DNA of 34,511 nt from a virus (taxonomy: Duplodnaviria; Caudoviricetes), in IMG/VR virus record IMGVR_UViG_3300025018_000350, positions 1 to 34,511 of that record; one strand, written 5' to 3'. A program made the translations under genes and the position numbers. Below the pieces are notes generated by a model, which saw nothing but the letters and a program-made list of their open reading frames with translations, was not told the DNA's origin and made no database searches. Below, one piece after another: positions 8,243 through 15,680 of this stretch (position 1 is the stretch's first letter; the number at the start of each line of letters is the position of its first letter).

Positions 8243-9342
8243 TCGTTCAAGGCTATATCCAAGCATCTTTCGATTGGAAATCTATTGTAGAAAATCCATT
8301 AAATTTAAAAGATAAGATTGTAAAAGTTTATTTACTAGCCAAGGAAGGCGTATCGAATCCTAAATTTTTAGGCAGTAATTCTAAGCCATTAATTTGGACA
8401 CGAGAGGCAATCTACTCTCTTGCTTCTAAAGTTAAAGTTGGAATCCAAGCATTTATAGGACATGGGAAAACTAACGAAGATAAGAATAGACCTGAGATCG
8501 GTTCTTTAGTAGGTCATTCTGTTAAAGAAGTATCTGGAAATTTACATCACTATGTCGCTATTGCTTCCGATAAAGATCATAATTATAATGTAATTAGTAT
8601 GGAAGCTGAAATATATTACGATGATGATACTAACCAAAATAAAGGTTCAGCGATAGTTAAGTTCGTTGAAAACTTAACTGGACTTGCTCTTGGAGTTAAA
8701 GGTAAGGATATTCCAGGAGTTGAAGGAGCAGAAATGGTAGCTCAAATGCAATTCTTTAATAATGAAGAGATTGAAAACAAAACCCAAACGAGGAAAGAAA
8801 TGACTAAAGAAGAAATTAAAGCAGCAATGCGTGAACATGGCGGTTATGTGACCGATTATGTAAGCATAGGTGACGTTCTAGGTAAAGCAGAAATTGTAAA
8901 TGGAAAGCTAACTTATGATGGAAACGGTGATCCTAAAATTACAAAAGCTATTGAAAAACATATCTTAGGACCAGTTAACTCTTTACTTGAGCAGCAAGCA
9001 GTTAAGATAAACGAATACGAACCAATGATTAATGATTATAAAACATTAAAAGTTAATCAAGAAAGACTAACAGCAAAAGACAAGGTTTCTGAAATTGTTA
9101 AGTCTAGATCATTAACTGAACAGCACCAAAAATTTCTTGAGACTGAACTAAGTGAATTTGATCCATCTAGTCAAAAGGTTGATGAATTTGTAGATAGTAA
9201 ATTGACTAAATTTAAGTCAATGGTAGATGCTGGATTAATTGTCTTAAAAACTCCAGATGGTAATTTGCCTGATCCAAAAGGCGAAAGCGGTGGATCTTCT
9301 AGCTACGAAAAAGAATACGAAGAAGCAAAAGAAATTAATTAA
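8239..9342 (+). CDS. Capsid maturation protease/scaffold fusion (putative)
   Basis: Position; GH, ISMEA and LTGLAL in the N-domain; helical charged C-half; internal RBS and ATG at 8800. Confidence 0.7.
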   Translation: MIVQGYIQASFDWKSIVENPLNLKDKIVKVYLLAKEGVSNPKFLGSNSKPLIWTREAIYSLASKVKVGIQAFIGHGKTNEDKNRPEIGSLVGHSVKEVSGNLHHYVAIASDKDHNYNVISMEAEIYYDDDTNQNKGSAIVKFVENLTGLALGVKGKDIPGVEGAEMVAQMQFFNNEEIENKTQTRKEMTKEEIKAAMREHGGYVTDYVSIGDVLGKAEIVNGKLTYDGNGDPKITKAIEKHILGPVNSLLEQQAVKINEYEPMINDYKTLKVNQERLTAKDKVSEIVKSRSLTEQHQKFLETELSEFDPSSQKVDEFVDSKLTKFKSMVDAGLIVLKTPDGNLPDPKGESGGSSSYEKEYEEAKEIN

Positions 9343-9353
9343 AGGGTAAACAT

Positions 9354-9617
9354 ATGACTGAAGAAAATAATATTCCAAATAGTGAAAATAATGTTAGTGA
9401 ATCCAATCCTAACGTAGACCATAATGGTCAAAATAATGTATTAGATAATAATTCTAATGAGCCGAACACTGAAAACACTAAGGTCAACGAGCCAAAAGCC
9501 AACGAACCAAAAGTAAGTAAGCAAGAGGCAAAAAACAAGCCAGAAAAAGCTGAGCAAAAGAAACAACAAACCAAGGATCATCCCGACAAGAGGAAATATC
9601 CCAAACACTCACTCTAA
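9354..9617 (+). CDS. Low-complexity N/E/K-rich protein in the head module
   Basis: ORF track; NEP(K) repeats; probably disordered. Confidence 0.7.
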   Translation: MTEENNIPNSENNVSESNPNVDHNGQNNVLDNNSNEPNTENTKVNEPKANEPKVSKQEAKNKPEKAEQKKQQTKDHPDKRKYPKHSL

Positions 9618-9632
9618 GGAGCAATAAATAAT

Positions 9633-9995
9633 ATGTATAGATTATCATCTGAACATAGTACCACAAGAGAGCTATTGACGGTCGCAGGATCGGACATTGC
9701 TATTGGAACTGCTGCGGTATTCGCATCAAAGTTAGGTTTTTACGAAGGCGGAGCAGCTAACGGCGAGCTTGCTTCATTTTTGTATAAAGCTAAAAGGATC
9801 ACTTGCTCTTGCGATGATTCTATTTCTTATACTGAAGGCGATGCAGTCTATGACGCTGGAACACCATCCGGTGAGGTGAATAAAACTTCCACAACTGGAC
9901 GTAGGTTAGTTGGGTACGCTTTAAAATCTTATCCAGTAGGTACAACTGAAATTGAAGTTGAAGACTTCGATGGAACAAGAGGAACGGTAGCATAA
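9633..9995 (+). CDS. Capsid cement/decoration protein (DUF2190-like)
   Basis: Size; GDAVY and LVGYA motifs; precedes the major capsid gene. Confidence 0.75.
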   Translation: MYRLSSEHSTTRELLTVAGSDIAIGTAAVFASKLGFYEGGAANGELASFLYKAKRITCSCDDSISYTEGDAVYDAGTPSGEVNKTSTTGRRLVGYALKSYPVGTTEIEVEDFDGTRGTVA

Positions 9996-11044
9996 TGGCT
10001 AAATTATTAAAACCAACATCAATTTTCTCACCAAACTTTGAAGCTGCTATTGATGATATGAAGAAGTTTTCTTCTAACACCGATAAAGGTTCAAAGTCTA
10101 GACTCTATGTTAGAGATTCAATCCAAGCTTTTCTTGGGGGTGTTTCTAATTTAGGTGTAACCAAAAAAGTTGATATCCAAGCATTTACTGCTTCTGCTGA
10201 TATCCCTGACCCACAATTCGCAGTTGATACTTTCGCAAAAGTTGCTAATTGGGATAACCGCTATGAGTCGGCTTTTAAGCTTAGACAATTTAACGCAAAC
10301 CAAGGTACTTTTGAGATTATGGATATTTCGAACGGTGGACTAACTTTTGATCAAGTTGTACCAGGTCAAAGTCTTTCTGTTAAGCGATTTACTGGAACTA
10401 ATATTTTCGTAAAAGCAAAAACTTATGGCGATTCAATTGGCTGGTATTGGGAAATGATTGAAGATCGAGACTTTTCTGGTATGTTTGACCAACTAGCTAG
10501 CTTTACAACTGCTGCGATGGCATCTAAATCTAATAATCACTATAGATTGTTAACTGATGCTGCTTATGACACTACCGATGGAAATGCTAATATTGCTTGG
10601 CAAGCTGGTGACTCACTACGCGAAAGAGATAGAAAGACTCTTGCACTTGCAATAGATACAATCGCAAAAGCTGTCAAGGCACTTGGCTTTGGTGATGTGG
10701 CTACCGCTCGTTATGATGTTTATGCCTCTCCATTGGTAGCAACAAGATTAATGGATGCTATGGACTCTAAGTTAGGAGCAGCAAACGGTATCGGCGGAGT
10801 AGTACCATTTAATGTAGTTATTAACCCAACTTACAATTTGAATAGAACTTCTGCTGCGACTGTACTTGATACAGATTTTATAGTAGTACTTTCTGGAAAT
10901 AAAATCCAACGAGGCGATAAGACTGGTTTGACGACTCACCAATCTAGTGACAATCTATCTTTCTCTGAGATCATTAGTGGTCGTATGAGATATGGTGCGG
11001 CGGTTGCTGAGATTAAACAAACTATTAAAGGTGCGTTAGCTTAA
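9995..11044 (+). CDS. Major capsid protein
   Basis: 349 aa; position; YGDSIGW.WEMIED and RYGAA resemble HK97-fold capsid proteins. Confidence 0.85.
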   Translation: MAKLLKPTSIFSPNFEAAIDDMKKFSSNTDKGSKSRLYVRDSIQAFLGGVSNLGVTKKVDIQAFTASADIPDPQFAVDTFAKVANWDNRYESAFKLRQFNANQGTFEIMDISNGGLTFDQVVPGQSLSVKRFTGTNIFVKAKTYGDSIGWYWEMIEDRDFSGMFDQLASFTTAAMASKSNNHYRLLTDAAYDTTDGNANIAWQAGDSLRERDRKTLALAIDTIAKAVKALGFGDVATARYDVYASPLVATRLMDAMDSKLGAANGIGGVVPFNVVINPTYNLNRTSAATVLDTDFIVVLSGNKIQRGDKTGLTTHQSSDNLSFSEIISGRMRYGAAVAEIKQTIKGALA

Positions 11045-11048
11045 AATT

Positions 11049-11666
11049 ATGTGGGTCACTTTAGCAGAGGCATTAGGAATAACCGAACTTGAACTAGGCT
11101 TCGAATCATTTTCAAACCTTGATTTCGTAGCGGGTTATGGACAGTTGTCCACAAGCGGAGCAACTAATGTCTTGGACTGGACAGGCGATGGTGACCTTAC
11201 AACAATTTTAGCATCTGGAGATTTAGTTGTAATTGATTTAATTAGTTATATAGTTGAATCGGTTGCAACTAACCAAGTTACTATTTTAGATACTATTACT
11301 CTTGCACTATCCAATTGGAGTTATGTTAAAGAATCAAATATAAGTACTTATCAGAATGGAGTTAATAAAAGATTAAGGGCATTACAAACAGCATTTAGAA
11401 ATCTTTCTCATGTGACTTGTGAAGCAGATGATCCAGTTCAAGATGAATTAAAAGAAGCCAATGCAATGTTAGGGGCATTATACTTTCAAAATTCAAAAGT
11501 ACTTCCTAAAAATAATTTAGATGAAAATGTCATAAGTAAGAAGATAGGAGATATGGCTTATTCATATAATCTAGATAAGAGTAAAAACCCAATCCCAGAT
11601 TTTATTATTTCTATTTTAGGCAGTTGTTATACTGGAGGTATTAGAGCATTCTTTTTTGACAAATGA
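11049..11666 (+). CDS. Head-tail adaptor with inserted beta-domain
   Basis: WVTLAEA, RAL.TA, LKEA and SKKIGD.AYSY motifs typical of connector proteins. Confidence 0.7.
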   Translation: MWVTLAEALGITELELGFESFSNLDFVAGYGQLSTSGATNVLDWTGDGDLTTILASGDLVVIDLISYIVESVATNQVTILDTITLALSNWSYVKESNISTYQNGVNKRLRALQTAFRNLSHVTCEADDPVQDELKEANAMLGALYFQNSKVLPKNNLDENVISKKIGDMAYSYNLDKSKNPIPDFIISILGSCYTGGIRAFFFDK

Positions 11667-12661
11667 CACCAATCCAAGCAAGTAAAATAATAAAAGAATT
11701 TACGAAAGACGAATCGAAAAGGCTTTCAAACCTTTTAAGAGATACGGCTTTGACTTATAACTATTCTCAGCAGAGATTAGATGAAATTAATTTCCTAGTA
11801 AAGAAAATAACAGAAAAACAAGCTATTATCATTAATCAACTTATCACAGAGGCTTATTCTGAGTCGTTTAGAGCTACGTACAAGGCTTCTGGAACGGTTT
11901 CACCCGTTATCCCTAATGCTGCTATTGGAATACTAGCTAAGGACACTATACGAGACTTAAATTACGCTGTAGAGCAATCGGCAACTACAATAGGTTCAAT
12001 ATTTAAGCTTGCTAAACAGGATATTATCTCAGAAACAAAAATTTCTGAAACTGTCTTAGACCAATTAATGAGACAAGGCACATTTAGAGAATCTGCGAAA
12101 GACTTATCTATAAAACTCTTAGATCAAGGTTCAACTGTAAACACTAGACTAAGGAACTTGGATCCAAAAGAAGTAAATGAAAGGGTAGCTAGGGCAAGAC
12201 GAAAATTAAAAAGTGATGGGAATATCCCAAAGTATTTAAAAACAAAAGTTTTCGATAGAGTCGAAGGGAAGCTATTGGAAGGAAAATTTATCACTATAAT
12301 AAATAAGAATAAACAACCGATGACCTTTTCTTTAGATTATTATACTGGTTTAGTGGCCCGTACAAGGTTCGGTGACGCTCAAGTTCAAGGCACACTGGAT
12401 TCAGGTGCGAGATTAGGTGTTCAACTTTATCTGGTTTCAGATCACGATACTAAAACAGAATACGACAAAAAATTTGAGAATAAATTCCTTTCTGCTGATC
12501 CTTTACTTATAGGAAAGACTTTTAACGGTAGGCAGATTTTAGAATTAAATGACGCTTCGAAGCCTCTTTATCATCCTAATTGTAAGCATAGACTTATTGC
12601 TTATCCAATAACACAAAGTGAATATGAATCGATTATAGGTGGTAAACAAATTGCTGCTTAG
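11663..12661 (+). CDS. Minor capsid protein (MuF/SPP1 gp7-like)
   Basis: LDYY..LVART and HPNCKH motifs. Confidence 0.8.
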   Translation: MTPIQASKIIKEFTKDESKRLSNLLRDTALTYNYSQQRLDEINFLVKKITEKQAIIINQLITEAYSESFRATYKASGTVSPVIPNAAIGILAKDTIRDLNYAVEQSATTIGSIFKLAKQDIISETKISETVLDQLMRQGTFRESAKDLSIKLLDQGSTVNTRLRNLDPKEVNERVARARRKLKSDGNIPKYLKTKVFDRVEGKLLEGKFITIINKNKQPMTFSLDYYTGLVARTRFGDAQVQGTLDSGARLGVQLYLVSDHDTKTEYDKKFENKFLSADPLLIGKTFNGRQILELNDASKPLYHPNCKHRLIAYPITQSEYESIIGGKQIAA

Positions 12662-12929
12662 AATAAGAGAAACCAAAAGTGATACTGGGAAAGTTACATC
12701 ATCCTCTTTACAAGAGTTAGATTATATAAGAATCCAACCTATTAATGAGCAGAGACAAAATGGACAAGGTTCACAAGTTTTTCCAAGTTGGAAAATTTTC
12801 CTAAATGCTGAAGAGGATATTCTCTCAACTGATTTATTAGAATATGAATCTGTAAAATATTCCATTCTGAGAATATATAAAGTACGTGACATAGATAATA
12901 GTATCCACCATATTGAGGTTTCAGTATGA
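12639..12929 (+). CDS. Head-closure/stopper protein (putative)
   Basis: Size; position; Y.I..I...RD....HH.EV pattern. Confidence 0.65.
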   Translation: MVNKLLLRIRETKSDTGKVTSSSLQELDYIRIQPINEQRQNGQGSQVFPSWKIFLNAEEDILSTDLLEYESVKYSILRIYKVRDIDNSIHHIEVSV

Positions 12930-13438
12930 GCCTTAACATAAATGTAAATCTTACAGCGTTTAATAAGTCGGTAAAGGCTTATGAAAGGGCATTGCCTAAA
13001 TCTATTAAACCAGCTTTAGAGAAAACAGGTTTAAGGATTGTTGCCGATGTAATAGACCTGCCACCTAAAGCACCAGTTTTTGATGGATTCTTAACAGGAG
13101 CTTTTTCAGTAACCGTAAAAGGCGAAAACCCAATATTTCCTAATACTGCACCTAAAGGTGGTGATACTGGTGAGAATTCTAAAAAAGTTTTAGATGCCGA
13201 TATGATCGGGCCAGTAGATACTTCTGGAATGAATAAATACGAACTGCGGATAGGCAATTCGATGAAATATGCGGCAAGGCTACACGAAACAAATTTCAAG
13301 CCAGGCAAATGGTCTCAAAGACGTGGTGGCGTAGGTTATAAATTTTTATCATCTAAGCTTTTTAACTACGGTGTAAAATATAGAGATTTACTTGCGGATT
13401 TTATTAAAGATGAATTACAAGGTAGGATTTTCAGATGA
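12926..13438 (+). CDS. HK97 gp10-like neck protein
   Basis: APVFDGFL, YAARLHE and KFL motifs. Confidence 0.8.
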   Translation: MSLNINVNLTAFNKSVKAYERALPKSIKPALEKTGLRIVADVIDLPPKAPVFDGFLTGAFSVTVKGENPIFPNTAPKGGDTGENSKKVLDADMIGPVDTSGMNKYELRIGNSMKYAARLHETNFKPGKWSQRRGGVGYKFLSSKLFNYGVKYRDLLADFIKDELQGRIFR

Positions 13439-13842
13439 TCCTCATAACAGATTATTTTTTTTATGATTTAAAAGAAGCTTTTGAAAATGTACTTAGTGTT
13501 GAAGTCACTGGTAAGCAAGAAAACTTTATTTTAGTAATGCCAGGACAAGGCGTTGGGTCACTTTATTATACTAACTCAGCTTTAAATCTATCTATAGTAG
13601 TTCAAAATCTTAACAGTAGAGACGGATTAGAAATTGCTACTGCTATATATAACAGGTATCGAGATCAAATAAATCTGGAATTAACCTTACCAGAAACATA
13701 CCTGCCAGAAGAAAATCCACGTTCTATTAATTGCTTATATATCCAACCTTTTGACCGTCCAGTCCCATTAGGTGATGTTGGCAGTGGTAGATTTCAATTT
13801 AGTTTAAATTTTTCTATCCAACTAGGAGGATTAGAAATATGA
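13435..13842 (+). CDS. Tail terminator/completion protein (putative)
   Basis: P.PLG....GR.QFSLNF motif; precedes the major tail gene. Confidence 0.7.
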   Translation: MILITDYFFYDLKEAFENVLSVEVTGKQENFILVMPGQGVGSLYYTNSALNLSIVVQNLNSRDGLEIATAIYNRYRDQINLELTLPETYLPEENPRSINCLYIQPFDRPVPLGDVGSGRFQFSLNFSIQLGGLEI

Positions 13843-14672
13843 TTTTTAAAAAAAGTAAAAACGGATTCCAATTTTGGGGACGAGATGGCGGTAAGATTGG
13901 ACCTGCTGCTGCGTTCGCTGAAGTGGAAGATCAACCCGACCTAACAGGTACAGTTGAAGCAGCTGCTTCATCTACCTTGACAGGTACTGGAACTGCTTTC
14001 GATACTGAAATCGAAGTAGGTCAATTTATTGAGATTGGTTTGGCGACTCCACGTATTGCCTATGTAGGTGCTATTGGTGGAGCAACTTCTCTTTCAATGT
14101 TTGATCCAGACAACCTAACAACTCCGCTTGTTTTAACTATTCCAGCGTTGACTACAATTAAAATCTTTAAAGCTTTATGGCTAGGCAAAACTGCTCCAGA
14201 TGGCATTAAAGTTATGGTTGAAGAAAGTACAGTTGAAACTAAATCATCTGACAACGGTGAGACTCCTGAGAATGTTTATTCCAGTGGATTAGTTTGTAAA
14301 TTCGAATTAACTCTAATGGAACCATCCTTAGATGCAATTAACAAACTACTGCCAGGATTGTTTAACGTGACTAAGGATGCGAACGGGTACATAGTTGCTT
14401 CATCTATTGGAACTCGACCAGGCTATGATTTTAAATCTGCTGCTAAACAGTTTGCGATCACAGAATATGCTGGACAAGGATTGTCAACTGATCCAGGCGA
14501 TAGACTTGACGCCTTTAAGGTAGCTTGGCAAGGTGTATTTGCTACGAGCAAAAACTCAACTGACCAACAAGGTTTAACTCTCACTGGATTTATGTTCGCT
14601 GATGATACTAGAACTATTAACGGCGTACCACAGTTTATGGCTACTAACCTACCAGCAATGGCTTTTGATTAA
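13839..14672 (+). CDS. Major tail tube protein with inserted beta-domain
   Basis: Position; LGKT..G..V and LTLME tube-like strands; AGGAGG RBS. Confidence 0.75.
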   Translation: MIFKKSKNGFQFWGRDGGKIGPAAAFAEVEDQPDLTGTVEAAASSTLTGTGTAFDTEIEVGQFIEIGLATPRIAYVGAIGGATSLSMFDPDNLTTPLVLTIPALTTIKIFKALWLGKTAPDGIKVMVEESTVETKSSDNGETPENVYSSGLVCKFELTLMEPSLDAINKLLPGLFNVTKDANGYIVASSIGTRPGYDFKSAAKQFAITEYAGQGLSTDPGDRLDAFKVAWQGVFATSKNSTDQQGLTLTGFMFADDTRTINGVPQFMATNLPAMAFD

Positions 14673-14683
14673 GGAGTAAAGTA

Positions 14684-14887
14684 ATGTCTGAAGAATTACA
14701 AAACAAACCAGCGTTTCCACCTGTTCAAAATAAAAAATCTAATATTCCCGAAAGCGATATCAGATTAGAAAGAGGCTCATTTTCTGTATTTAAGAAAAAA
14801 CTATTGAAAGGCGTAGAAAAAAAAGTCTTTCTTGGTATTCGTAAAACTAAAAAAGAAGCTATTGAACTCTGGGAGTCTAGTAAGTGA
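14684..14887 (+). CDS. Small hypothetical protein in the tail module
   Basis: AAGGAG RBS; ORF track. Confidence 0.7.
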   Translation: MSEELQNKPAFPPVQNKKSNIPESDIRLERGSFSVFKKKLLKGVEKKVFLGIRKTKKEAIELWESSK

Positions 14888-15426
14888 TTAACAATCAACA
14901 AAGTTTTAAGGCGTACCCTTACTTAGTTGAGATATGGGAGAGTGGCGAACTACGTCACTCTCTATCTATTCAAGATGCTAGTGGTACGTATAGATCAATC
15001 CAGTTAGACGAACACGAACAAGCGTCAAAAGCTGCTTTAAAAAAGTTTGAATCATTAAATAAAACTATACAAGCTTTTATTGAAGAGAATCCAGATAAAG
15101 AGCAAGGTGAACTTACTGAAGACGAACAGAAAATGTTTAATTCTTTAAAAGAAATTACAAGGCTATTAAATCAACTTTCCTTTAAGTATGTTCAACTAAC
15201 CATAAAAGATTGGAAAGATAAAGGCGATATAGTTGACTCAGTAAATCCAGCTATGCGAAATGAATTCTTTTCTTGTATTCGTATGGCTTCATTTGGTTTA
15301 ACAAGTGAAAAACCTACAAAAAAAAAATCGCAATTAGTGAAGTCAACTTCCGCAAAAAAACGATCAAATTCCAAAAGTACGGCTTCAAAGAGGAAGAAAC
15401 AAAAGAATGGAACTCGTTCAAAATAA
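14884..15426 (+). CDS. Tail assembly chaperone (gpG-like)
   Basis: Between tube and tape measure genes; A10 slippery site at 15318-15327. Confidence 0.75.
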   Translation: MINNQQSFKAYPYLVEIWESGELRHSLSIQDASGTYRSIQLDEHEQASKAALKKFESLNKTIQAFIEENPDKEQGELTEDEQKMFNSLKEITRLLNQLSFKYVQLTIKDWKDKGDIVDSVNPAMRNEFFSCIRMASFGLTSEKPTKKKSQLVKSTSAKKRSNSKSTASKRKKQKNGTRSK

Positions 15427-15680
15427 ATTGGGTCAACAGATTAATTTATATTATAGAGTTAGAAGAAAGGATTGAAAAATTAAAAGATATGTTTGTACTA
15501 ACTACGTATCAATCTCAGCAAAAGTTGATAAACGATAGAATAGAAACATATCAAGAAGAAATTGCAAAAGTATCTGGAGAGTATGAACAATACGAAGGTG
15601 ACCCAAAGCCTGTTATTGTACAAGTAAAGCCTCCAAAAATGTCTGAACAATTTCTTGTATTGAGAGGCGGTAAAAAATGA
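15318..15680 (+). CDS. -1 frameshift extension of the tail chaperone (gpGT-like)
   Basis: -1 frame open from 15309 to 15680, containing track ORF 15489-15680. Confidence 0.75.
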   Translation, partial: KKKIAISEVNFRKKTIKFQKYGFKEEETKEWNSFKINWVNRLIYIIELEERIEKLKDMFVLTTYQSQQKLINDRIETYQEEIAKVSGEYEQYEGDPKPVIVQVKPPKMSEQFLVLRGGKK

